Assembly (NCBI GenBank): GCA_036172245.1
Contig: JAYWIR010000004.1
Location: 4,154,001 to 4,218,000 of the forward strand
DNA length: 64,000 nucleotides
Source of the DNA: Raillietiella orientalis
Taxonomy: Eukaryota
Reading direction: 5' to 3'
Shown here: one piece after another, positions 10,939 to 24,480 of the stretch
Layout: each line of letters starts with the position of its first letter
Numbering within the stretch: position 1 is the stretch's first letter
Made by a program: the position numbers and the translations under genes
Notes under the pieces: generated by a model
Seen by the model: only the letters and a program-made list of their open reading frames with translations
What the model was told of the DNA's origin: nothing
The model's database searches: none

Positions 10939-11014
10939 ATCACATACAAGCAAGAAGGTTCTTCTTGCTTGTATGTGATATTATCAAGCCGGTACGGTGC
11001 GTACCGGCTTGATA
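10939..11014. repeat. Two adjacent perfect hairpins (19-bp and 15-bp stems, 3-nt loops)
   Basis: atcacatacaagcaagaag-gtt-cttcttgcttgtatgtgat (10939-10979) and tatcaagccggtacg-gtg-cgtaccggcttgata (10982-11014). Confidence 0.97.
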
Positions 11015-11649
11015 GTAACCGATTCGCTTTCGAGATAAGTACGAGGAGTGCATACAGTAGAGTACGATACGTGTTGGTGTTTTCGTGCTTCGATTCCAGA
11101 AACACCCGAGCGAAAAGATTCCATCGGTCTAAAATTTTCCACTCGTAATATCCATAAAATGAATAAATGACAAGAAACGACTGTGGAAGGAAAGAAGGCA
11201 AAGATTTTCTCCACGGAGTGAGCTGAAGAATGATCACCAGGATGGAACGACTCTGCAAAGACGTTTCCATTTGCTCTTTTCGACGGCAGTGCAGTTTAAG
11301 AAAAGAAAGATTCCGCACCGGTGTTTCAGAAACAAGGCTATCGCCCAAAGAATGTGCTGCTGACCCGGGTAACGCACCCCCTGGTGATGCATCAGTGTTT
11401 CTAGAGGCAATCTACTTGGTGGAGACAAAGAATCTCCGGTATTAGGATTGTCAATCTCTTCGAAAGGGCGTGTCAGCACTTCAGGAAAATGAAGGCGTTC
11501 CAGCGATGGAAAAATTCGCATGGGTCAGTGAAGGTTTGGTCGCAGCTCTTGCAAAACGAAAGAAACGAAAAGTCAGCGAGGTGAATCGAGGGAAGTGGGA
11601 AACGTTTACAGAAGTGGCCAAATAAATAGGAAACAATAAATAGCCATAT

Positions 11650-12500
11650 CGAGTTGAAAATCGTAGAACAGGGAGAAATCAGGCGTTTCCCCCTGTTATC
11701 GAAGATTCGAGCAAAGCCGAATGTTTTTGTATATTGCGCAATCGCATTCTACACTAAAATAAAGTGGAACACGGAAGTCCCCTTTTTGATTTTCACCCTA
11801 TCATTCGACCTAATGGGAGACGAATCGGCTGCTGATGTTGTCTAGGCGGGTTGGCTATTTTGAGCGTAAATGCCTTGAGTACGAGAAGATCATTACGTTA
11901 GGCGCTATCTGAGAGTCATCACTCATCACAATCAGCGCATGGCTGTGTCCTGGAATAATTCGTGACCTGAAGGCTCAAGGCTGTCCACTGCACCGGTGCT
12001 CGTCTCAGGACGAGTCATTCGGTTTCAAGAATTTCCCAAAGCTGCAGTCTTCGGAAAGCTCTGTGAACGTAAACAAACATGGATGAATGCAAAGGGTCGA
12101 CACTTCTCTCAGACGATTAGTTCGAAATGCTGAGCGACTGATTTCACGGGGATTGTCCTCTTCGAGTGCAATGAGGATTTATCCGAATTCTCACTGTACT
12201 GCTGACTACTGCTGGCGAAGCTGCGAGCCGTTCCCGAGTGCCATGCGGTTGGAGCCGCCATCCCTCTCTTTTATCAGTCTTCGAAGCCACGGGATTTCGC
12301 TGTTATTTGTCAGCTTCTTTTGCCGCCACCTGCATAAAGAAACGTGCCTACGCTTCTGGTTTCCCTTCTCCTGCTCGGCAACGCGAAACTGTAGAGTTCC
12401 GGCTGGATGCAAGCAAGCACTGTACTTCCCAAAGAGGGAGGAGGCCGTACTCCACCAACATCCGCGATATAGTGCAGTCTCCAGGGTTTGGTGATCGGCG
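11650..12500 (+). mobile_element. Degenerate LINE RT and post-RT fragment
   Basis: PFLIF..DL..SAADV (~PLLFLIFINDL..FADD); AMRIYPNSHCTADYCW (~IYxSxIxPxxDYC..W). Confidence 0.4.
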
Positions 12501-13035
12501 TTACGAATTGTGAAAAATTGAATGCACCAGAATTGCTCTCGAATCAGTTTCGGGGATGAGTCTTATTTGAGATGCATCCTCAAAACTGTGGCTCACCAGG
12601 GAGGAAAAATGGTACTCAGTCTTAGGAGCTCGCCTGAAGTCTTCTCTCAGGACGGTTTCAATGGACTGAGTCGGCACGTTCATGTATCCATGCTGGAAGG
12701 ATTGCTCAAGCTTGGCAAGGATCTGCAGCTCCGATGAATTCGTATTTACAAGTCGGCTGTGAAAGTGTCGCCCTTTTGCGAAAGAGGGAGTTGGGAACGG
12801 GAACTCTGACATTCGTTTGGCTGATGCACTGGCGTTCGGTGTAAATTCGGCTCACTATGATCCCTGATCCTAAAAGAATTAAGGATCACAGTAAGCGCGG
12901 AACCTGCGACCTGCCTGGTGGCGGGAGAAAGTACAATGCTGTGGGCATTGCGTCCAGTAAGCCATATGCAGAGAAATAAGAAGAAAACAATAGGCGCAGT
13001 TTGTTTCTGCGTAAACAAAGAAAATAAACAAAGTT

Positions 13036-13073
13036 GAGAGAGAGAGAGAGAGAAAATAAAATAAAATAAAAAT
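13036..13073 (+). repeat. (GA)n plus (AAAAT)n microsatellite
   Basis: gagagagagagagagaga followed by aaaat repeats, seen directly. Confidence 0.9.
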
Positions 13074-13299
13074 GTGCAGTTGTCAGCTTGTCAAGTAAAT
13101 TATGATGTCACGGGAACAATTCAGGATGATTGTTCGGTTCATGAAATTCTCAAGCTACAGAAACGAATTCTCATTGAGAGAGGAGATCATCCAGGCTAAT
13201 AATTGACGAACATGATCATTTCGTCAGGTAGTAGTAATACTAAATGGATCCTGGAATGTAGCAAAGGCACTTCTGAACAGCGGGAAAGTTTTTGAAAGC

Positions 13300-14360
13300 G
13301 TCAAACCCAGATCCACATGGCAGAAACTCTTCGGGGTGGAATCATGAGACTAAATCTCCTCGGTGATTTTGGAGATGCCCAGGAGGTACCTTTCCACGAC
13401 TCGTAAGAGAGGACACTGTAATGCTTAGAGAGCACACGAGTGACAGAAGCATCTAAGATCTTGTCACCAACCATCAAGTTTGAATCCAATCAGAAAAGAG
13501 TTTTTACTGAATTTCAAACTGAAGATAAGCTTCTACAGAGAGAAGAGAGGCCATTGAATTCGCTATTTGAGATCAAGAGTGGAATTAATGCAGATCGATT
13601 CAAACGCATGATTTACATTGTCGTTGTTTGCTGCATTTGAGGTGTAAGAATTCAAATGTCATTCAGAGTTCGGACTTTCATCTTCGGTTTCGCTAAGTTT
13701 TTCTACATGTCTTCCACAATGAGTATTTGGAAGATTCATAGATCGTACGTCGTAAAGGCCTAATCAAGACACATGAAAGCCCACATCAATGTCGCTAAAT
13801 GGGACCCAAATCGAAGAATGCTAGGAATTCTAATCACAGACCACTTCTTAAACTGGGGTCGCAATCTCATTTGATACCTCAGCTATTCGCCATTGTGGGA
13901 GTAATGCATAACCATGCTGCAATTGAATTTGTGAGTGACTGCGGATCCCACGCAAGAAGAAAATCGCCAACGAAGGAAGCGAGCAAGGGTCAAGCAACTG
14001 CATTGGTGCATCCCTGCCCGGATTTAACCGCATGCCTCTCCACCGTTTAGTCAGCATTGGTGGAGAAGCATGCGGCTGCTAAGAAAATTTTGCACCAAAC
14101 AACGACTCACACTCTGATGAAAGTGATTCGAGCAAATAAGTGCCGTAGAAGCGGAGTTGATGCCCTGATGTTCACTGAGTTGCACCGATCCGACAAGAAT
14201 AAAACAAAGTCGAAAGCAAAGGAGTCAGGATAAATGAAACCGAGGACGCAGTACAAAGGCCACCGGAGGCTGCTCGAGTGACTGGTAAGACGACTGAATA
14301 AGAGGAATGCTGATTTCGAGAAACGAAACCAAAGGCAGTCTCTACTTTCTCAGGGCAGAA
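13300..14360 (-). mobile_element. Degenerate CR1/L2-like LINE RT (endonuclease/ORF1 traces may extend to about 17.4 kb)
   Basis: ILTPLLSTLFYSC (~IxxPLxxLFNxS), QLQHGY..EVSNEI (~QHGF), LAFFDL, DSNLMVGDKILDASVTRVLSK..FSLMIPP..IW (thumb region). Confidence 0.5.
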
Positions 14361-17300
14361 CACTCAGTAACAAATCGCCCCCTTCTTAGAAGTTCAGTAC
14401 GCGATGCCCTCTTGCAGAATGATCGAGAAACAACATTAGACTGTGAAGATTCTGTTGAGCAATACGATTACGCGCAACAGATTCGAAGTGTCATGCTGTT
14501 TGAAGTTCGAAAGTAAGAAGGAACCAACCGATAAAGTGATGGTGAAAGACAGCCGTGAAAGTTCACTGTTTTTTCGTTGAGGAAGACACACAATCGAAAA
14601 GTCAATCTTCCAACGTGAGATTTTGAGACGGCGTGCAGAGCATTGGCATGAATAAGCAAAAACACGCTTGTCACTTTCGTGTTGATCCGGAGATGACAAT
14701 GGGTCACATCTCCTCTGGTCTTCCCTTTTCCTGGAGGCTGTTTCGAAACTTCCACCAAGACTTTATAAACAAACATACCAGTGCGATTCACCAGTGCTCA
14801 CGGAGCTTTTGCAGGGTGATTTTTTCGTTTTCTTCAGAATAAACCGATTTTGTCTTCCTCATGGACCACAGTTGCCCGCAACTTTATAATGCTACCATTT
14901 CATTACGCTTTCCTTAATTCAGGCCGAAGACAAGATGGCGGAACAGATGGAAAGAAGAAGAAAACAGATGAACATGATGAAAACAGATGATGAAGAGATA
15001 TTTTCTACAGACGACACAGAATCACGTTTGATGAATAAACGCATTTATCAGCTCCATCACTGCTACCAAGAGAAGCATTAGAACAATTCGAATTTTTGTC
15101 TGCTCCATCGTCATAACATGTACTTTGTTTTCTAAAGATTTAATTGTATAATAAGAGACAGTTCGAATCGACATGAATTAAAAAGAAAGAAAAAGGAGCA
15201 TCCATGCTCGCATCTTAAAGGAAATTACTGCTGTTGATCTTTATCCCCACATCTGAGTTTGCGTTCAAGATTGAATAACTTTCCAATCAAACCGAAGAAG
15301 CAGAAGGAGCGGCTCATGACTGAGACCAAAATTACAATACCGAGACCACCTTCATCTAAGAACCGTATAGGAGCATCCTGCCTCGGTTTTACGAATGCAA
15401 CCGCATTTTATGTTACTATTGGTATATGGATTCTATACTGATATGGTGTATGGTACCCACACTGATTTGGTTTACTGACTACTCTGATATTGAGGAGGAA
15501 ATGCAATCATCTCCGATTATTCCACGGACCTACCCTGAGCTTCAAGAGCCTTGTTTGATCTTTGAGGACCGTTTTTTGGTTGGTTTGCGAGTTCCATCAT
15601 CAGTCGTGTTACTGTGGATAGGAAGTAACTCAATGGCTCTAAATACGGTGACAACGTAGCTCTTAGTGTTCATGGTCCTCTCGAAAAAGCAACACTGGCA
15701 CTCTCATTTGAAATCATACGAAAAATTTGCAGAAACCCTAAAAAATAACTTGCGAATGGCATATGAGGTCTTTTCATGAACACCAAAGTGTTTTTGAACT
15801 TGCTGGTAATAAAACGCTCGTCTTTAAGAAGGAAAACCAAGAAATGTCTCCTCCTCCTCTGTTTCAAGCAAATACATGATGATTTGAGTTGAGCATAATT
15901 TTCGATCCCTCATCCCACTCAGAGTTCAGGAACCGGAAAAAGACTGTTTCCAGATGCTCTCCAGGTGGCAAAGGAAGAGGTGGACTTTTTTTCTTGCGCG
16001 CCATGCCTTCTTTTTAGTCTCCAAGGAAGTAATCTCCAAAAAGATTTAATGAGAATCTTTGTCACTGGATAGATGAAAGTTCAGTCGAAATCTGGCAAGA
16101 GCTAGGATAAGTTGCAGAACACAGAGGAAATCCGAACACTGGTCATGTGAAGATCACCGTTGAGTAATATGTCAGGGCTTATAGAAACAAAAAATATCAG
16201 AAAACTGGAAAAAAGAATTCCTTATTTCAAAGTCATTTTTTTGTCCAGAGGTACGCTGGCATTCCCGAGACCCGCTATTCGCTATTTTTTTCTTCTCGAG
16301 TAATTTCCATCAGTCACGACTTGAGAGAATACATCAGTCTGCCTGGGATCGAAGGTTCACACATCACAGGAGCACTGCTTTCCTGCAATGTCTAATGAAT
16401 ATAGTGACTCATTTCCACCAATAGCTGTTGTCTCCATTAATCGGTCTCATTGTCAACCAACTGCATCTCATTCATGAGTTCGTGCAGAAGTGGCTATACA
16501 CATTTGGGCCATCGTAATACCTTGATTGGGATAGTTTTTGTGGAAATGTCATTTGGTTGCTTCTTTGCCTGGAGGCTGCTGAGAGGTCCGTGTTTCAGAC
16601 TCACTCATCACGACAGCATCTTCTGAATTTCCCAGAAGAACAAACATGCTTATTCTCATTCAGAGTTGCCTTCAGATCTGGAAATCTTTCCAATTGCAGC
16701 AGCTGGATTCCGTGGATTATTTTTTGGACTTTGATATTTGCTTGACTTGGCATTTTTTTTTTAAAAAAAAATCATCGCAGAAGATCACTGGAGTCGCTGC
16801 AATGCATTTATTGGTGGTATCAATTTTTGCGAGAGATGAATGTGAACGAGGACGATGGCACGAGTCACGAGGTTCGGCAACCACCCTAAGCGGCAAGCAG
16901 TTTTCGCGTTTAGTGTGGTTCAAAGTTCGAGCCACTCTTCACGGTTTTTTCCTTCAAGTATGTGCAGCTTAATTTAGCTCTTGAGATGTTGTTCGTCAAA
17001 GAAACCTATTCTTTTGGCAAGCTTCCTTCTGCTGCATGCGCTGAGCGCTCAAAGAAAGGTGCCTCCTTCATTTTTGCTTTTCCAAAATGGAAACGCAAAA
17101 AATCTAAAAAATGGAAAAAAGTTTGCTCGTGTCTTCCCCTACAACAGCTTTCTGTTCCTGCCTTTAGTCAGCTGCTGCAGCGAGAAATCTCGATTTGGTG
17201 CTTCCTTCCTGCAGAGGCGACAACTCTACGTTTGAATCAATATTTGTCCTTTGGAAATTTGTCGTTCCCAGCGTCTTATCTGTCCGTCGACTCTTGGAAT

Positions 17301-19662
17301 TGTGAAAATCTCCAGCACTCTTCAAATAACTGGTCACTGGCCTTGTTTAAACAAAGCTGCTCCGTTGTTTTTCAGTGTGTTGACAGCAGTGGATTAGGAA
17401 ACTAATTCAGCATCGGCTCTTTGATATGCGTCTCATTGGCCTCATTCCGAGCACACCTGTTTCCTGCCACCGTTAATCCAGCTTCTTCGTTTCTTTGCAT
17501 GTCTAATTTATTGATGTCGATTCAGTACCTTCTTCCAACTTGTGACGATAATTCCGTGAGGCAGGCATTTTTTCCTCCAAGTTGTACCACTAAAAGGAAG
17601 GGATTTTCCCTTGCTCCTGCCGGCCAGCTGCTTTCTTGCATCAGTCATCTCCCCGTATAAAAGATATGTTCTGTAGTTGCAAGCATCTCGTGAAATCCAT
17701 GAAGCCGCCGTTCCGGGAAAGACGAAAGCAAAAATAAGAACAGCAACCATATGGAAGCGGTTTGTTTCCGGATCTTCCAGCTGCGTGGAATTCACAGCAT
17801 TTGTATTCTTCATTTGCCCCATGTAAGTTGCACAGATTACGTCAATAGAGAGCATCGATTGTAACGTATAACGAGCTGTGCAACGAGCTGAAACCTCCCT
17901 GCTTGCATGAGACGGGATTTCAAGATGCTGGTATGAAAGTATCGGAAAAGGCAGACGAACGCAGATTAATTCGCTCCTTCGATGGCTTGTGCGCAGCAGG
18001 ACGTGGAATCTCTCGCGTTCTCGTGTGTTTCCAAACATTCTGACCGTTTCTTTCGCCTGCCTCGCCTCCATTTCTTCGAGTTCTTCGAGAGGCTTTTTCG
18101 AGGTTCTTTCCAGTTTTTGGATTTTCGGCACGGACGGTTCCCACTCACGGAGGGAGGCGTGCGCGTCTTTGGTGCATCGTCGTTAAGGAGGTGGTTATTC
18201 TGCGGTTCCTGAGTCTGATTCCGGGAAGCAGAAATCTCAAGATGCCGAGTTGTTCCTTGAATTATAGCGGTAATGTTTCGATTTCTGCTTCCGAAGCCGT
18301 CGCTTCCATTTATTCTTCGAGTGCCATAAGGACATCCTCACATAGATGTTATCTCCCATGCAGGGAATTCATCCCATATGCCACACTCACTACTTTCGCC
18401 GCTGTCAAATATTTTGCGAAATCATGGATGGCTTTCGCCGCAAAAAGCAGACGTCCTATCCGGGAGAGCTGGCTCTCCGAAAGTTCTAGGAGATTCTTTT
18501 CGCCTTTAAAAGGAAAAGATAAAAATGGAAACGCCGTCATTTGAAAGGAAGAAAATTTTGATCCGGACATTTGAATTTCAAAGATCCTTTTTCACAGGAG
18601 CCTCCGGTGCTTTAAGGACACGAAACTGTTCCTTCCCTGTCCCTTGAAAGCGATTATGTTCCCTGCGTTGGCACATCACGTTTATGTGTTTGCTCATCGG
18701 ATTCAGCCATTGCTGACTGTAATGATGATGGATTATTCGAGATAATTAGGGTGAGTTGTTCAGAAGGTCCACGCTGTTTCAAGATGAGCAGTGGTTTCTC
18801 GTCAGTGGTGCCCTTGATGTGAACCATCCCGAAGACGAAACGGACAGACAGACATTCTTTTCATTTAGGATCAACTCCTCTGATCGATACCGTTATGGAA
18901 ATCGGCCGAGGATCCCAGACATGAAAAGGATAAGTACGAAGGCAGTCTCGATGCCGAGATCTCGAACACGGGAAGGGAAGGCGGGGAGGGGGTGGGTTGG
19001 TGTGGGGGGTGGAACATGAGCACGAAGAGCATGAAACGTGAGTCTGTTGGTCCGCAGGAGACGAAAAGGCACACCGACTCTCACTGTTTCAACTTGGGAA
19101 CATCAAATCTGAAATAAATTTACACCGGAGTTTGAGATTCGACCCGGGAAGAAAGCGTCTCTCAAGGGCAGAGTTTAAGAAAGTCTGGTGTCGACTCTTA
19201 TTCGAGCAGCGGAGGAAAATGCTCAGACTCGGACTCCCTGCAAACGATTTGAGAGAGGTGAAGCATACAAGAAACGAACTCTATTTGCTGCTTGTGGCAA
19301 TTCCTCATTAAGAGCCAAAAAAAAAAAAAAAAAAACACCCATCGCAATCAAAATTCTGCTTCTTCGATGCCTTCTATGATCTCAGTGCAGACCCCGTGGA
19401 ACTCTGTCCATTCCTTCGAGTTTCCTACGGATGTTTGCCCACAACCAAATGCAAATTGTTTTTAGCTTTCTAAAAAGATCGCAGTGTTCCCAGAAGCCCA
19501 TGCTGTCTCCTTCGCATACGGGCGAGACCGCATAGATTTTAGCAAAGCAAACGGTCTGCAGGCATTCGGAATGTTTCCCGGCTTTTGAAATGCTTTCTCG
19601 AATTTTCGAAATACGGACTACTGACATGACCATGATCGAATGCCACAGGGAAGAAAGCATAC

Positions 19663-19802
19663 CTCATTTGATGATTATGAGATTTGTAGAGGTCGTCATA
19701 TACGTGGTATGTAGATTGAAATAAGAGGATGGAATCCAGCCATTCTATTCGAACCTTGCTGCGGTCCTTGGAACTCATGCTTATGACATCGAGTAACTTC
19801 AC
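19663..19802 (-). CDS. Coding exon 3 of MATH-like protein
   Basis: Acceptor atttcattttcag|GTG, donor ATG AG|GTATGC; 140 nt, phase 0 to 2. Encodes VKLLDVISMSSKDRSKVRIEWLDSILLFQSTYHVYDDLYKSHNHQM(R). Confidence 0.88.
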
Positions 19803-20108
19803 CTGAAAATGAAATCATTCTATATTTCGTGACATGAGACATTGCAACAAAGTGAGGACAACGAATGTAGATGGATAGTCAAATCTTAGCTCAGGTATGA
19901 GCTTCTTCTTTTAGAATAAAAGAATTTAGATATTTCCATGATGAAATATCTCTTTTCTTTATTCGACAGCTCTGAGGAATTCCTAGGCGCATATCTTTTA
20001 CAAAAAAACTGATGCTTAGTAAAAATACGAAAAGCGATTCTTCGTATAGCTCTCTTCTGTTATCGAAACACCTCGTGAAGGTGCAAGAAAAAAATAACGG
20101 AAACTCAC

Positions 20109-20259
20109 TTGCTCTGAAGCACATTGAGTTTCCATCATGACCACATCATCCGTGTTGTCTTGAGAGAAGTACCGGCAGTAAGGGTTGCCTACACAAGGCA
20201 AAATAGAAGACTCATTTGGAAGATTTCTGATCAGGATGTATGCGTTCCAACGTAGAAAC
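20109..20259 (-). CDS. Coding exon 2 of MATH-like protein
   Basis: Acceptor catttcag|G, donor CAA|GTGAGT; 151 nt, phase 2 to 0. Encodes (R)FLRWNAYILIRNLPNESSILPCVGNPYCRYFSQDNTDDVVMMETQCASEQ, continuing the family pattern after PKNHLR. Confidence 0.88.
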
Positions 20260-20959
20260 CTGAAATGCTCATTTTGGTACTGCTTAATCGTGTTAAACAG
20301 ATGCAATTTAGCAGAAATCGGAATACTAGAAGGGATGCAACGAGCATTTCTTGATTTGGTTAGGACCTCACGAACCACCAATGAGGAAAACGAGAGAGTT
20401 CCTTACGACCGAAGGGTTGTAGAGCGCCCACGGAGTAGGTGTGATTTCTCAGCTACCGCATGGAATCTCGAAGTCGGTTCGTTTTGCCGCCTTTGAGTTT
20501 ACAAGTCAAAAAGAAGAGGCGCGAGAGATGCATTTTCGGAAACACGTCGTCGGAACCTCAGACTGGCGAAGGAGCAGGAGCGAAAAGGCAAGTAAAGAGA
20601 AACACAATTCTCCGATTTGGTTGTCATCCACTTGAGGCAAAGGTGAATTTGGCTGATGCTAGGCACGAGGCAGGATGCAATGCAGCACTCAGGTCAAAAA
20701 TGAGAACGAAACACAAAGCGCGAAGAAACGAAGGAACTCTGATGTTAGCTGCCGTTCGTCAAGACAAAAAAGGTACAGTGTGGCAGAATCTTCGAATACA
20801 AGACACCTGGAAGATCCGATTCACGAAACGAGCCCGTGACTCCTCTGGTGGCATCAGGGAGCATGCCGTCATCACGCTTCGCCTTCCAATGCGCTCACCG
20901 TTTCGTGCACCGCATGCAATTCACCAGAACCGCCTTGTTAGCTGCAGATTTCCAGGAAG

Positions 20960-21700
20960 CCGCCTGCCTCCTTCACAAGACCCATGTATCAGTCAAAAAG
21001 GAATTTTGCTGTCCTCTACCTTGAAGCTTACGAGTGGAGGCTGCCCTGCTGACCGATACACGGATTGCTGGGAATTGGCTCGCGTTGGCAGACGCGTGGC
21101 TACGCTCTTCTCATGTGGTACCAAGCGTTGCGGATTCGAATACCCATGAAGGGAAACGAGGAGGTGAGTCGTGGGTTTCGAGCCCAACCGCAGAACGACG
21201 CTGGTTGGCCTGCAGGCTTCGGGGTAAGGCACTGGTGGAAGCCGGATACCCCCCATTGACTGGCCGGGATTGGAAGTTGACCCTCTGAGTCCTTCTAGGA
21301 ATCAAGGAGCCGGTTTCCTTCGGGATGCCTCTCCGGTTGCGAAAATGGAGCCGTCTCTCCCCCACTCCTTCCTCGAGGAGGACATCCTCCACTAAGTACC
21401 ATGGAACAGGTGGATGTCCCCCTCGGGAGGTCGCCTCTGCAGAGTGTTGCAGAAGCGCTCTGCTCCCTTCAGGGAAATTCGGAAGCATTCCTTTGCGGTT
21501 CTCTTTAGGAGGGTACCGAGGAGCGGTTTCCTTGCAGGTTCTCTCTGGACCCTCTTCAGGGGTACCTTCGGAGACAACCAGAGTATTGGATTCTCTTTCT
21601 TCTGGGCTCCTTCTCAACAGTAAGAGGAACAGACTCCTTCCTCCGGAGCCTTCCTGGATTCATAAAGTGGTCCTTTCAAGGTTGCTCCCTAACTCGAAGA
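20960..21700 (-). mobile_element. Possible LTR-retrotransposon (gypsy-like) gag-protease remnant
   Basis: RTAKECFR (~GHxAKEC zinc knuckle, about 21480-21502) upstream of VSFKVEDSKIPF/LTDT (~VxVEGxxIxFLIDTG, with a frameshift near 20990). Confidence 0.35.
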
Positions 21701-23249
21701 GTAACACGCGCACCCTCAGGTGGCGGCGTGGACAATGGTGAAGAGCTCCGCGAGTCCATGAGCGAACGGTTCTTGAGTGCTGAGCTGAGAATTTTATCGA
21801 AGGGAGATGCCACTGCGTGCGCTTGTATTTCACATAGGGTTGACACGGAGTTCACCAAAGATACAATGAAATCCTCTCAACAGACGGCACCATGTGCACC
21901 AGGTCACTCGGGTTTTGCCTCGTTTTATAGGTCTTCGTGGTGGTTCCTCATGAGAAGCCTTTTTCTAAAGAGGGTCAAGACCCATCGAATGTTTCCTTCC
22001 AGAAGGAACGCTTGTTCCGACTTCCTCGTCTCACGTTTCCCACTTGAGTTCCTCCACGTTTTTTGAATGGAAGTCGAAGCCAAATATGGTTTCAGGAGCA
22101 GAGTAATTGCATCTTTAGCTCGCGAAGACCAGGTCTCTTCTTTCGAGAAACACCACCGTTTTGCCGGCTGACGAAGAGCGATTGCTGGAAGCAAGGAAAT
22201 AATAGCAAAGTCGCGGTCGCTTCGAAGAAGAGAGGGACCTTGGCGCAATTATAAAAGCTAGACAGCTTCCCTTGAGTGCTGAGATTTATACTCCTGGCTC
22301 CTGTTTTTCTTCTCAGGGAAATTGGGGAGACGTCGAAACGATAAAATATTCCGAATTGTTTCCAGAGTGAATTTAATAAACGTTAGAGGCGGTCTCACAC
22401 CTACGGGCGCAGGGATCGCACGTAACGAGCTGGAAAAACAGACCAAAGTGTAGGTAAATTCTCCAAGCCCAAGCATTAGCGTAAAAAGAGATTGGCTTTC
22501 CAGTTCTAAAGTAATGGAACACGGAGTAGGGGGTAGGTGAAGATTTCGAAACTTGAGCCGTAAAATCCCAAAGAACGTCATGGTAAATCCCCAAGAAGAT
22601 TTTTCCCCCTTTATTTTGTTTTCTCTTCCATCCTACACAAAGGAAAGACTTTTGCTACTGATCCAGGATCTCTGTTTCTCTCGTGAATCCTTGGGATTCA
22701 TTCGTGCGTGCCGCCTCAGTCTTGGACTGGTAGTCCGACACTTTGTCGCATAAACACTTCTAGCACAAATAGGAAAAAAAAAAGAGAAGAGGAGAACAAC
22801 ACCCGAAATTTCCAGATCATCAAGCAGGAAAAAAAATGACATATGATGATCTGGAAGATGTGTGATCAAAGTCGCAGTCAGCTTGATGGAATCCGAGTTC
22901 GCTCTCGAATGGGAACACCTAGGAGATGTTTTGGATGCAGGACATCTCCTAGATAATTGGGCGACCACAGGTTATTCATGGTGAAGATTAATCTGGGATG
23001 ATGAGATGAGATTCTGAAGAGTGAGAGGGTTGGCAGATAAGAGCCAAGCATTGACGGGTGGGAAAGGATGCAAAGGCGAGGAGGAGGTGAAAGTGGCTGG
23101 ACCAGGGACTACTTGCTGGCTATACACTGGCGTGTAGATCGTCTCTTCTGAGTTGCAGAGTTCTTCTCTCTCTGCCTCTCATGAAGGAAGATGAAGGAAC
23201 TCTAAGTGCGAACGGAAGCGCTGCTTTCGGTCGAGCCGATGGCTCATGT

Positions 23250-24480
23250 GCCTTCCTGAGTGCGTCGTCATCGTCGGCGCGGTGGATGAGAACGTGCCCA
23301 GAACACCACTCCCAGGACCCAACCACATCGCGTGCCTGTCACCAACTCATACCTCTTCTTCAGAGGAATTACCAGACCCTCGCTTTGCTTGGACAAAGGC
23401 GACTGCAGGAGATTCTCCTCTCCTGCAGAGACTCCTCCCGAGGCTGCTCGTACCCTTCTCGCCACGTCATTTTCGAGAAAAATGCCACTATTTCACTGAA
23501 AATGCTCGCGCTACCCGAGAAAGCTTGTTTCTCTCTAAGGAGAAACGGCAAGGCGAGGAGGCAGCACCCTCACGTAGAGACGCTCCTTTGAGGAAGGGGT
23601 TTCTGGACTGTCACCCAGGGGCCACCTCAGCATGGTCTCGCGCTGCCGCCGTGCAAGGCTTCTTCTGGGAAACGGACTGGATCATCTCAGTAGAGCAACG
23701 GGAAAACTCTCACTCCCTTTCGGAAGTAGAAGAAACCTCGCGTGCCTTTTCCGGGACGCGTGCCGATCCCGGAGTTCCGAGTGGGAAAAGTTCGCGCGCG
23801 AAGGCAGAGCGATCGGTCCGTGGAGGCTACTGCTGTCCCTGGGAGAGTCGGAGGTTGACCGATCTCCTAGCGCCGTGGGACAACTTCCGAGAAGTGGCTT
23901 CACGATCCAGGCTGCAGTGGCTGCTGGCTCGAAGCTCACGGAAAGTTCGATAAGAGTCGCCCGCAGCGCGGGAAGCCTATAAACCATCTCCGTAGAGACT
24001 GGGTCCAAGCCGAGGTAGCAGCAGAGGAGTTTTCTGCGGAAAGATGGAGATCTGGCTGCTGCTACCACCATTGACGGCGGCGCATGAAGGAAGAAGGCGT
24101 TTCCCGTTTGCTTCACCTCGAAGATTGGGAGCGCAAGGGCTTGTTTTTTCTCTAGGCTCATGTCTCGGGTTTCGCCCCAGCCATCCTCGTGAGAATTCAA
24201 AGAACCGGAGGCCGAACAAGAAAAGGGAATGGGAACTCCTTTATCTTGTTCCAAGGCCGACTCTAGGGAAGGGAAACTCGCTTCCTGAAGGGAGCAAAGG
24301 ATACGGGGACTCCTCCTCAGCGAAGGAAGAGAGGAATGCGCTGACCGGAATCTGTAAGGGACGAATGGCAGCTGCCCAATCTTCAGGAGCCGTGACACGG
24401 TTAGTTGGGGGCGTCGAGAGGGGAAATTTGCGTTGAGCTTGCTTTGGCTTCCTGGGTACCCTTCCCATGCGATCCTAAGT
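23250..24480 (+). mobile_element. Degenerate LINE ORF2 (endonuclease end, linker, RT start)
   Basis: PRFAWTKATAGD (~RxxWxYxxADW); WELLYLVPRPTLGKGNSLPE (~WKxAxVVPIPKxGK); FGF downstream. Confidence 0.45.

Noticed and set aside
10900..11050. Parvovirus-like T-shaped ITR or Helitron 3' end
   Set aside because: No flanking closing stem, no NS1/Rep ORF, and no CTRR at the usual short distance from the hairpin.
19079..19108. Possible alternative terminal exon of the MATH gene (ttatttcag|A TTT GAT..TGA)
   Set aside because: Only a generic acceptor match, and it would remove the conserved coiled coil; no further support.
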